DNA from: Mantamonas sphyraenae STR306
Lineage: Eukaryota > Protista > CRuMs
Assembly (NCBI GenBank): GCA_026936335.1
Contig: JAPMXV010000037.1
Location: 231,503-295,502 of the forward strand
Length of the DNA stretch: 64,000 bases
Direction of reading: 5' to 3'
Shown here piece after piece: positions 1 through 10,725 of the stretch. The notes under the pieces were generated by a model, which saw nothing but the letters and a program-made list of their open reading frames with translations, did no database searches and had not been told where the DNA came from. Position 1 is the stretch's first letter. Each line of letters opens with the position of its first letter. The translations under genes were made by a program, and so were the position numbers.

Positions 1-1235
1 GAATCTTGCGGTACGTGCTCTTCACGTCGCGCGTCTGGAAGGGCGGCGTGCCCACCAGAAAGGTGTAGATGATGACACCCAGGGACCAGATGTCCACCTC
101 AAAGCCGTGGCCTCCGGCCTTGTTGTTGAGGATCTCCGGGGCGATGTAGTTCGGGGTGCCGCACAGCGTCTTGCGCTTCTCGCGCGCATGCGACAGCTTC
201 GTGGCAAGGCCAAAGTCGCCAATTTTCACGTCCATGTTGGAGTTGAGAAAGAGGTTGCCCAACTTGAGGTCCCGGTGGATGATGTTCTTGCGCTTCATAA
301 ACTTCAGCGCAGCCACAAGCTGTGCCGTGTAGTATGCCGCCTCGGGCTCCGTCAGGCTGCGACGACGCTTCAGGAACTCCATGAAGCTCTTGTTCTTGCA
401 GATCTCCAGGATGATGTACACGTTCGTCTTGTCCTCAAAGTACTTTTCAAACTTGACCACGTACTGGTGGCGGATCGAGCGATGGATTTCAATCTCGCTC
501 TTGAGCTGCACACATGATGTGCGTGCAAGGAAGTGCGTGTGTGGAAGCGCGGAGCGAGGAGTGTGTGTGAGTGGGGTCGCCTCCAGTTTGCTCGAAACAA
601 CAGCGGAAAACGCGTTTCGAGCGCAAAAAGAGCCGTTCGCAGAGATCGTTTGAAAAGGCGATCTTGGGCGCGTGCGTACCTTCTGGCGAGCCTTTTCCTT
701 GACGATGGAGCGCTTCTCCACCACCTTGACGGCGTAGATGTGGTTTGTTTGCGGGTCCTTGAGCTCATAGCACTTTGCAAATCCGCCCTGTGGGTGTGTG
801 GAAAGGTGTGAGCGAAACGAGTCAAGAGTCAGAGAGCCGTTTGCGCGCGCCCTTTTTTTTTGAACTGGCCCAACGTACCTTGCCGAGCAGGTTGCCCACC
901 TTGTAGCGGATGGGGGTGCCTGACGAGCGATCCTCAATGGTCTTGTGCCAGCGCTTGCTGTCGCTGGTGGTGGCTGAGGAAGAGGAAGAAGAGGTGCTGG
1001 CCGTGGTCTTGCTCAGGGAGGAGAAGTGCGCGGTGGGCTTTCGCGAGGCGGACGAATACGCAGCGGTGGTGCTGGTGCCGTACGTACGGGCGCTGGACGA
1101 GGAGGCAGGTCGGTAGTAGCCTGAAGATGAAGAGCCAATGGTGCTACTTGCGGTCTTGGTGGACGTGGAGGCGTAGGAGCCGAGCATGTGGCTGCGGCGG
1201 GTGGAAGTGTAACCGAGGTCGACTTTGGATGACAT
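1..1235 (-). CDS. PLK: Polo-like Ser/Thr kinase, 5' part (continues beyond the window's left edge); introns ~788-878 and ~506-679
   Basis: Spliced translation gives LLGK|GGFAKCYEL...AVKVV...QK|LKSEIEIHRS...IHRDLKLGNLFL...KIGDFGLAT...KTLCGTPNYIAPE...GHGFEVDIWSLG. GGFAKC and HRDLKLGN are PLK hallmarks. Introns are GTACG..CAG. Confidence 0.93.
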
Positions 1236-1476
1236 GATGAGTGGCTCGGTGGTGAGTGGTGCTGATGATGTGATGGGTGCGGTGCAGGTGTAGTGCAGTG
1301 TGGAAGGGGATGTGTGCAAGTGTGCTTGCGGTTGATGGGTGAGTTGTGCACCGGAGGGTGAGGTGTTGTTTTTGTTGGTTTTGCGGCGCTGCCCTGCGCT
1401 CACACTTCTCGTTCCTTCCTCCCCCACCACCGCCCGTTCTGTGCCTCCACCGATGGCACCTGCACACATGTGGTGC

Positions 1477-3786
1477 TCAACGTACGCCAAACAGAGGCAG
1501 GAGCTGCTTGCGAAGCTGACCCAGACCGGCTGTCCAGTAGCGGAGGATGTGCAGATCCTCTTGCTTGACACCGAGGAGGGCACACAGCTGCATCTGGGTG
1601 GCCTCAAGCTGGGTGTTGGACAGGGCACGGAAACGGTGAAACACCTTTGTCTTGCCCATCCAGTCGATTTGAAGGCGATCGAGACGCATGAGGGCAAACT
1701 CGTACTCGTAGTCGTCGTTGAATAAGATATGGCGCAGCTGCTTGCCCAGGGTGGTGGGCACCGCTTGGCCCTTGAATCGAAGCTGGAATGCTCTCCAGAA
1801 TGCAGGCACGTGCGCCTGCGGGTTGTACGTGGCGTTGGAAGGCGACGCAACCACAAGCACCTCTGCTGCCGTCGCCGTCGTGTTCTTGGATGGCGTGTCA
1901 CCACCATACGTCGTCACAACCGTCGTGCTGCTTGCCTCGTCGTTTGCTTCCCTTGCTTCTTCCTCCTCCTCCTCCTCCTCCTCTTTCTCCTGCTGCTGCT
2001 GCTGCTGCTGCTGTTGTCGTTCCTCCTCCTCCTTGGTCCCGCCTGCAAACTCTGCGCTGTGCTCGTCGAGATCCAGCCCCAACGCAGCCGATTGGGAGAC
2101 GGCGGCGAGAGCAGTGATGAGTACGGAACCTTGTGGGTTGCCATCGATCTCTTGCTCTTCTTCGTCGTTGTCCCATCCCTGTTGCAGGGCGTCCGAGTCG
2201 TCGGTGGCGCCGATGACATCGAGAATGACCACGGTGTCGCGCAGCACATGCTTGGGCACAGGAGTGTCCAGAGGCATGCCCAGGAAGTTGCATTGCCAGG
2301 ATTCCAGGTAGCGGGTGGAGTAATACACAGGGTTGCAACAGCGTTGGGGCACCAGGGTCTGCAGACAACGAAGAATCGACTCAACCATGGCCGGGTGTTG
2401 TCCACGCAACACAACCTGGTTGCCCACCAGCACATTGTACGCCACCACATGCATGGCTGCAGGTCCAATGCTGCGTGCCAGGCTGTACACATTGTCAAAC
2501 ACCATCAGTGGAGGCTCATCATCATCATCATCCTGTGCCGCCACCGTCACCTCCTCCTCCTGCTCCAGAAGAAGGGTGCGACTGCTTGGTTGCCTGCCAC
2601 CTCCATTGCCGTTGCCATGGGATGGGTGGGATGAGACGGATTGCATGCTCATAAACAGATCGGCAGCCAGGTGGCGGCCGAGCACACGCTTTTCGGTGAG
2701 GCGGACGAGAAAGTTGCGCACACTCAGGCTCATGCACATGTGCAGCTTCTCAAACAGGTTGGTTGTGCCCAACAGGGTTTCGATGGGTCGCAGCATGGTC
2801 GAGTTGATGCGTCTGTGCACAGGAAGGTTGCGCCGTGCCTCCCCTTCCAGGTCGAATCGTGCGTTTGCTCGCTCCTCCATGTCGTTTGCCATGGTTTTAA
2901 AGTTGCGACCAAAGTGCTGTGTGGCCCACGAGTGGGTGGTCCGTGTTGCAATGTCAGCAAGTGGCGTGTGTTGATATCTGTGTGTTGGGAAACGAAAGGG
3001 GGGAACATACCTTCCACCCGGCAAGCAGGCCATACTTGTCCCTGTGCAGGATCATGAAGCTGTATCGACGGTTGAACCCACGTGCCTGGCTGTCACGCAG
3101 CTTAAAGGCATACGACAGCACGTGGCCGTTCTCATCGTCGCCAAACAGGACGGGCTCTTCGCTGAGGGCGATTTCGCAGCTGAGCGAACGCAAGCAGGCG
3201 GACCGTACGCGTGCAAACTCGCGCGTGTCTGGTCGACGCGTGCTGATGAAGCAGATCTGTGCGGTTGGAAACATGGGTGCATGCAGTGGGTCGTGGCAGA
3301 GTGGCTGTGTCAGCGTGGGCGGGCGGCCAAGGGCCTGTGGGAGCCAAAATCACTCACCTCGTGGAACCGATCGACGCTGATGTACCCCAGATCGTTGTCT
3401 GTGGCTTGACAGCACTTGGGTGCAGCCAGAGATTGTGTGGATGAGGCACGGGCGCTGTTTGCAGCGGAGGAGGAGGATGTGGTGGTGGTGGTGCTTGATG
3501 GCGAGGAGGAAGAGGAGGAGGAGGAGGAGGAGGAGGACGCCAGCGTACGCGCCTGGATTGCCACCGTGTGGTCCACTACAGGTGGTTGAGATGATACAGA
3601 GGAAGGAGAGGAGGACGACGAGGAAGATGTGCGGTTGTTGTTGCTTGCCACAGGCAGAATGTCCATGTCAAAGAGGGTGCTGCGTGTGTTTGTGGGCAAC
3701 ACGTGTGTGATCCACAACACACGAGGCCCATGCAGTTCGCAAAAGTGAGAAAACACGGCCAGGAGACCCCCCGAGGTGTCACCCAT
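1477..3786 (-). CDS. FLCN: Folliculin; introns 3257-3357 and 2917-3010
   Basis: N-terminal SHFCELHGPRVL, then VRSACLRSLSCE, VLFGDDENGHVLSYAFKLRDSQARGFNRRY, YNVLVGNQVVLRG, WQCNFLG and C-terminal LRYWTAGL all match folliculin motifs. Two GT-AG introns join the three ORFs in frame. Confidence 0.92.
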
Positions 3787-3852
3787 GTCTTGTGTGTGTG
3801 TGTGTGTGCGTGTGTATGCGTGTGTGGTGTAAAGAGATTGTGTTTGTTCCCA

Positions 3853-4951
3853 TCACGCATGTCCTGTCTTGCTTTGCGTGTCAAGAGGCACCTCTTGCTT
3901 CTGATTGACCTCCACCACGGTTTGCGTGAGCTCGCGGCGTCGTGGCGACGCGGACGACGACCGGGAACACGTTTCGTGGATGCCCAGGTAGTTCAGATGG
4001 TCCTCCACCTCGTGCGGGGCAAAGAACTGATCCGAGCAGTAGGGATCCTCTCCAGAGCCATCACACACCACATAATCACCCGTTTGGTTGTTGTAAAAGA
4101 TTTCTGTGGGTGTGTGTTGGTAGCCAAGGTACTTGGGAGGCAGGTGCGGCACCGGATCCTTCCAGCGCACCACACGCTGCACCTGGTTCAGATTTTCTCC
4201 CACCGTGTCGTTCCAGTACAATGCCATGTCCTGGTTCCCTGGTCTGTGTATGTGTGTGTGTGTGTGAGAGAGAGCGTACATGGTGTCAGGGGGTGCGTTT
4301 GTGCTAAATCCCGTCCTCGCGTGTACACACCCGCATCAGCAAGTCTCCCACGTACCGAGGCTGGCCAAAGGTGATGTACGACCCGGGCATGGAGACGATG
4401 TGCTGCTCGTGCAAGTCGAGGACGGCAAACCAGAGGAGAGCTGCGCCAAGGGAGTGGCCGGTGAAGACGGCTTCGTTGCAGGTGGGGCAGGCCTCGTTGA
4501 CCACCTCCTGCCATGCCTCACGTGTGGCATTGGCCAACCGTTGGTAGGAACCGTACCAGCCGGCGTGGACACGGCATGTGTCGGCACACATGGGATAGGA
4601 CACCTGTTTGGAGTCGATGTCCAGGTTGGCAATCCAGTTGCGCAGGTCGCTCTCCACCGTGCCCCGGAAGGCAAGGATGGCCCGGTTGTGGTCCGGTTGG
4701 TATCCAACAAACCCGTACGTGTCTGCCACCGGGTCGTGCAGGATGCGAGTCACCACTGTGCGTGGGGTGTCTTGGCACCACGGCTCGCACTCCCACGGCT
4801 GCAGCGCGTCCGGATCGCAGTACGTTGCGTATGCGTACATCAGAAACTGTTGTGCCATGTCTTTGTTCCACTCCACTGCTTCCACACCCGGCGGACTGCC
4901 ACACAGCACCAGGAGGAGCAGCGCAACGAGAAAAGGGGCGGCGCGCTTCAT
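3853..4951 (-). CDS. Secreted class-3 (fungal-type) triacylglycerol lipase; intron 4244-4355
   Basis: Signal peptide, YAYATYC, AFRGT, VHAGW, GHSLGAA nucleophile elbow, TFGQPR, DPVPHLPP, CDGSGEDP, DHLNY (catalytic His). Confidence 0.92.
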
Positions 4952-5030
4952 GGAGGAGGTTTTTTTTGCTCACTTGACGCGCCGTCGCTGGTAAAGAAAA
5001 GGCCCCAAAGCATCCCAAACACATCTCGTC

Positions 5031-6019
5031 ATGACGCACGGAAGCTTGCTGCGTGACGACACGGTGTCGTTGGTGTGTATGCTTGTTGTGGCCATGGTGT
5101 GTGGGTGTGCAGTGGCACAGGGCGAGCCGTTGAGAGAGGGACAACCATCCACGCTGGTGCTTCCGGCAGTGCCCCACGTCTCCAGAGCAGACATGGCACC
5201 CGAGGTCGAGTGGGATTACGATTATGCCAAACAGACGTTGGTGTACGCATACGCAGCGTACTGCAATGGGACCAGTTTGCAGCAATGGGACTGCAAGTGG
5301 TGCAAGGAGCTGCCGCAAACCACCGTCACCCAGTATTTCTACGTCGATGCCATTGCTGGGTTTGTGGCCTACAGTGGTGACACGGCCCTGCTTGTGTACA
5401 AGGGCACCACGTTCACCAACATCAAGGAATGGATCGAAAACTTCCAAATCAACAAGCTGACGCCGTACAAGGATGATCCCAAGGCCAAGGTGCACGCAGG
5501 ATGGTACAAGGCGTACCAATTTGGCGGCGTGGGCAACGTGACACGCACCGCATTGCAACAGCTGTTCTCTCAACATTGTCCTCAGTGCCGGAAGCTGTTG
5601 GTCACCGGACACTCTCTGGGTGCCTCCATGGCCACCCTGGCTGCCATTGACCTTGTGGAACGTGACTTGTTGCCCGTTCCCGTCGATTTCCTCACCTTTG
5701 GATCGCCTCGTGTCGGCAACCGCGAGTTTGTGGAGCTGTGGTTGCAGCGCCTTGCTGGACGTCTGCTGCGCCTGCAGCGTGTGGTCAACCAGCACGACGC
5801 CGTGGCACACCTGCCCAGTGACTGGCAGCACACCGGTTGGTGTCATCTGCCCACTCAGGTGTGGCACAAAACACCCACCCCGCGCGAGGACTATGTCATT
5901 TGCGACGGTGGGCCCGCCCCAGCGGCAGCGAAGACCCCGCATGCTCCAACAACCAGCTGGACCTTAGTGTCCACGATCATTTGGACTACTTTGGCCTTCC
6001 TGAGAGCTGCTCGTCGTGA
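5031..6019 (+). CDS. Second secreted class-3 lipase; needs +1 nt near 5910-5921 to reach its C-terminus
   Basis: YAYAAYC, YKGT, VHAGW, TGHSLGAS, TFGSPRVGN, DAVAHLP. The C-terminus SGSEDPACS...HDHLDYFG lies in another frame (ORF 5837-6019) and matches the neighbouring paralogue. Confidence 0.88.
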
Positions 6020-6131
6020 GAGGAATGGTGAGAGAGCGCGAAATGAAAGCCAAGACAACTACGGGGCAAAGACGGAGTGAAGCTGTCGTTCCTTGCCACT
6101 TCAAAGTCTCTCTTTCACCCGTTGTTGTGCC

Positions 6132-8862
6132 ATGGCCCGCCCTTCCATTTTGGTCATTGCAGTGGTGGCCATGTGCGTGCTGGCCCTGTCCATCAACTTT
6201 CTGTACGTGGAACGCCAGGCGACCACCCCTGCGCCGGCGACCGAGGGCGAGATGCAACACGACGCTCCGCCCGCCACAGGCGACCCCTTTGCAGAGGACG
6301 GCAAGCAAGATATGAATGCACCCAACGAGGAGGGTGACGCAGACGACGACAACGAAGAGGACGAGGAGGTGGTGACAACGCCCACGCCAACACCCACTGC
6401 AACACCCACTGCAACACCCACCACAACACCCACTGCAACACCCAGCGCATCACCGAGCCCAACGGCACAACCCACGACGCCTGCGGACAAGGGGTACTTT
6501 GCTGATCTTGGGCCGTGGTCGGACACCACGTACCAAGACCCGGACCCGTTCAATGTGAACCTGGACGACATTGTGGTGATGATGACGACGGGCAAGAAGC
6601 TGCATGGGACGCGAGCCAAGACGACGGAGCAGACGTGGGCCCAGTACGCACCCAACTTTCTCTTTTTCTCCTCCGGAGGGCCCGATGAGCATGTGAAGCG
6701 CGTGTACGCCGTGCCAGGCACGGGAGACACGTGGAAGGATGCAAATTACAGGTTCATGAAGTCGCAGGAGCTCATGCGACGCAAATTCCCCACGAAAAAG
6801 TGGTTCCTGGTTGGCGACGACGACACCTACATCTCTCTGCCCCACCTCCTGCGCTACCTGCGCCTCGTGGACAGCAACAGTAAGTTTGGGACGAGGGAAG
6901 AGGACGGGTTCCACCGCATCTGCGTGATGATGGATGTGCAATGGTTCCTGAGCGTGTGCACGGGTGCCCATCGTTGGCAGGTGAGCGCAAGACAGAAACG
7001 CTGACGTCGCATTTTTCGCAGAGCCGTACGCCATGGGCTTCATGCGCTACTCACAGGGGTTCCAGTACGGCGGAGGGGGCACATTCATGACAGGAGCAGC
7101 ACTGGACGCCACGCGATCGACGATGCTGACCAAATGTGTGAGCTACGACCAGAACTACGACATGAAGATGAGCCGGTGCCTGCGGGAGGCCGGAGTGACG
7201 ATGTTGCACATTGACGACAGCCACAGCATGCCGCCTGTGGACGCATGTGCCTCCAAGATGGGCGCTGGTGTGGGACAGCATCCAGTGAGCTTCCACTACA
7301 TCAAGGATGCAGCGAGTATGGAGTACCTGAGCGACGTGTTCACAGTCGTACCCATGCTCACCATGATGCAGGAGGAAGAGCGGCGTGGTGGCCAGCTTCC
7401 TGCCAATCGTGAGGAATGGGAACCCAGAGCCAACACATACGTGCATCCGCAGCAACCGGCGCGGGTGAACCCACGCTCGCTTCGCAAGCTGACACTGGAG
7501 ACTGTGTATCGGCCACACTGGAGCAAGTGGTATGTGTTGGCCGGTCCCGATGAGGCGCCGTCGTCCATCCCCAACCACTATGGCAATTGGGAGTCGTCGC
7601 CAGGCGTCAAACAGTACCAGGCAACCCTGCCTGATCAGGCACAGAATCCGTTTGTTGGGTGGAAGCCTGCGTTTGTGAAAACACCCGAGGACTATGTGGA
7701 GAGGCCAGAAAAGGTGGGGTTGCTTGGAGTGCCTCCTGTGCTGCATGGCATCGGGTCGGTGGATCCCCACACGCACAGCGGCAGCCGGCGACGACTGCTG
7801 ATGACAGCAGACAAGAAGGACCCGAAGAGCGAGGATGAGGGAACCGCAGCAGGCACAGTGACAAAGGTGGAGGGTCCCACGCCGGCACCGACGGCTGCAC
7901 CGACGCCACCCAAGGAAGAGGCGAGGAACAGGGTGATGTTTGTTGTGCGTGTGAGCGAAGCCAGCAACGACGACACAGACACGCCCAACATCCGACTGTC
8001 GAGCACGTACGAGACATGGATGCGCGAGTGCACGTCTGCAGCAGGATACGACGGGGTGTGGGTGGTGGGCAGCCACGAGCGACAAGACGCAGTCAAGGAA
8101 CACATGGAGCATGTGTCGACGGTGGTGGTACATGACACCTACGATGAGTTGCAAAAGCCCAAGGGCGAGGCCACTGTGCGTGTGCCTCTGGTAATGCGTA
8201 CGATCCAGACGCTGATGAAAAAGCACGGCGACTACGACTGGTATGCCCTGATGCCCGATGACACACTGGTGACCTGCCCACGCATGCTGGACACCCTCAA
8301 CAAAGACCCTGACTGGGTGCATGCACACACGTCGCCCGTCATCATGGGCACCAACGGCATGGTGGACGGCTGGCCTGCGCTGCGGCGTGTGCTGAACGCA
8401 GACGGCCCGCTGTTGCTCAGCAACGAGCTGATGACACGCTTGAACGCATTGGATCTGGAAAACATGCGCGACGAGGGTGTCAACGGCTTCCAAAGGCTGA
8501 GCAGCGAGGACACGCACGACCTGCAGCGTGTGGACGATGTGGAACACGTCAACTTCCACCGTGCGGTTCTCAAGGCCGGAGGCGAGACGACACGCATCCT
8601 CATGGACGATCTGATGTATGCACAGGCGCCGGAGGACTACTGCACCATGCCGGATCTCATCACACGCACAGGCGGTTACATTCACACCATCCACGCCTGG
8701 GCCAACGCACACTTGCATCCGGAACGCCAGCGGGTGCTCGCACGCGGACGCAAGTGTGTGTGGGAGCTGGATCCCAGCGAGCATTGGCAGTGTGCGGCAA
8801 AGGAGATGGGGGTCGCCGATCGCCATGTGCAAGGATGGAAGTGGGCAACCATCACCTCGTGA
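6132..8862 (+). CDS. Type II membrane glycosyltransferase with two GT31 (Fringe/core-1 galactosyltransferase-like) domains; intron 6880-7021
   Basis: N-terminal TM and Thr/Pro stem. Domain 1: TW..., KWFLVGDDDTY, GGGG, PVSFH. Domain 2: ETW..., YDWYALMPDDTLV. Intron GTAAGT..GCTGAC..CAG joins the ORFs in frame. Confidence 0.8.
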
Positions 8863-8961
8863 GAACAGACATGACACTTACCCAAACCCTAACAGTGCAC
8901 TGCAAGCGTCCATTGTGCACTCCATCTACCTTTCATTTCCAACCGCAATGAGAGAGAGTGA

Positions 8962-9981
8962 TCACTCCGCCTGTTTTCGTCCATTCAATCCCAGCGCTTG
9001 CCAGACAATGAACCGCGCGTACCCATCACGGATTGCGTTGATGTCTGAACCACCCTCTAACAAGGTGAGCATGGTCTCCACGTGGTCTCCATGAGCTGCA
9101 GCCACCAGAGCTGTCCAGCCGTTGTCGCACTCGGCCGTCACATCCGCATGTCCCACCTGCATCAACACATCCACCGCCTTTGTTTGTCCAAACCATGCAG
9201 CAATCATCAACGCATCCCATCCGTGATCCTTCACCGCGTTCACATTCGCCCCGCCCTTGATCAGCGCCAACACAGCCTCCCAGTGTCCCTCCTGTGCGGC
9301 ATACATCAACGCCGTGTGGCCACCGTCTAATGCCGCCTCTGTATCTGCGCCCGCTTCAATCAGCACCTGGATGCAGTCGACATGGCCGGTCTGGGCAGCC
9401 CCCAACAACGCGGTGGCACCCCGTCCCGTGGTGCGTTTCTGCGTGTTTGGGTCCGCACCATAGTCCAGCAACAACTTCACCGTACGTACGTGTCCATTCT
9501 GAGCTGCCAGAAACACGGGTATGCTGTCCCCATCCGTCCACGACGGTTGTGCGCCGCCGTCCCGCAGCAGCACCTCCACCACCGCTGTCCACCCCTGCTC
9601 GCACGCTGTCAGCAGTCCCGTGCGCATTCCTTCGCTTGCCCCACCCTGCACCAACACTTCCACCGTCTTCAAATGGCCCTCCTGTGCCGCCAGCTGGAGG
9701 GCCGAGGCACCGTCGGCTCGTGTGCGATTCACGCTTGCCCCGTGATCCAACAGAAGCTCCACACACTTTTCGTGTCCCATGGCTGCACTGTTGATCAACG
9801 CAGTCACCTTTCCCGGTCCCTCGGCGTCCACATCGACACCTGCGTCGAGCAACACCTGCACAACCTCGGTGTGTCCTTGCTGAGCGCCCAGCATGAGCCC
9901 ATACTCCTTGTCTTCCTTCCCACTGTTGGTCAACAACGACTTGACCGCCCTCCAGTTCCCATGGTAGGCAGCAAGATCCAT
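8962..9981 (-). CDS. Ankyrin-repeat protein (~9 repeats)
   Basis: Repeated G.TAL..AA..GH...V..LL..GA.V motifs. The 3' end may include an intron (GTACGC near 9020). Confidence 0.88.
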   Translation of the reverse strand: MDLAAYHGNWRAVKSLLTNSGKEDKEYGLMLGAQQGHTEVVQVLLDAGVDVDAEGPGKVTALINSAAMGHEKCVELLLDHGASVNRTRADGASALQLAAQEGHLKTVEVLVQGGASEGMRTGLLTACEQGWTAVVEVLLRDGGAQPSWTDGDSIPVFLAAQNGHVRTVKLLLDYGADPNTQKRTTGRGATALLGAAQTGHVDCIQVLIEAGADTEAALDGGHTALMYAAQEGHWEAVLALIKGGANVNAVKDHGWDALMIAAWFGQTKAVDVLMQVGHADVTAECDNGWTALVAAAHGDHVETMLTLLEGGSDINAIRDGYARFIVWQALGLNGRKQAE

Positions 9982-10084
9982 GCTGCTATGTGGTGTGTGG
10001 TGTGTGGTGTGTTGTCTGCGCGAGTGCACACACAAGAGCACTGCCCACAGCACAGACAGCACGTTCATTACACACACACACAGA

Positions 10085-10563
10085 ATGTCGTTTGTGGGTC
10101 CTACGGTCAAGGCTCAGGTGTACAGGCGGACCTTTGCACGAGGGCTGGGCTACTTTGCCATCGGCCTGCCCTTCTTCTACTACTACACGCAGACAGAGGA
10201 AGAGGTGCAGCAACAGCTCAAGGTTCGTTGGTTGGTGGGCACAGAGGATGAATTTGCAAAGGTGCACATGAACGGATGGGGCCCAACCAACCCCCTTCTC
10301 TCCCCACCACGTGTGGATCATTCGTTCGGCGAGTTTTCCCCCACGCTTGCACTGACACACACACTCACTCACACACACGCTCGACGTCTCACCGCCTACA
10401 GGAGGCAAGCAAGAATACCATGCAGTATGAGAGGACACGGATGAACAACCAGCTGTTCCTGGACAAAATCCGCAGCGAGAGCGTGTTTGACTCGAGCGGC
10501 AAGACCGAGTCGGAGGTGGCAGAGGAGGCACAGAGGAGGCACACGGAGGAAGCAGGAAAATGA
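10085..10563 (+). CDS. Small (~99 aa) single-TM protein, possibly a mitochondrial inner-membrane assembly factor; intron 10223-10401
   Basis: MSFVGPTVKAQVYRRTFARGLGYFAIGLPFFYYYTQTEEEVQQQLK|EASKNTMQYERTRMNNQLFLDKIR...; intron GTTCGT..ACTGAC..CAG is in frame. The function is inference only. Confidence 0.6.
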
Positions 10564-10725
10564 AGGCCATCTCTCTCTCTCTCTCACACTCTCTTTCATT
10601 CCTCCCATTTCTCATGATGATGGTTCGTGCACTCTGCAGCTGTGCGTTTCCCGCTGCGGGTTCCCGTCCGCTTTCGGAGGCAGCGCAACACAGTCACACA
10701 CACACACACACACACACACGTGGGA

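Noticed and set aside
1960-2030. Trinucleotide runs encoding poly-Glu/Gln/Ser (also ~3500, 20630, 21270, 28970)
   Set aside because: Ordinary slippage microsatellites in disordered linkers, common throughout the window.
5908-5922. Possible 15-nt GT..AG micro-intron in the second lipase
   Set aside because: Its length is a multiple of three, so removal would not repair the frame, and all other introns are 70 nt or longer.
7051-8877. Long antisense or alternate-frame ORFs (also 16513-18195, 26782-28302, 29967-31403, 40174-42369 and many shorter ones)
   Set aside because: Shadow ORFs expected in GC-rich coding DNA; the opposite strand carries the recognisable gene.
8878-8895. Internal telomere-like motif CCCAAACCCTAAC
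   Set aside because: A single unit; compatible with chance.
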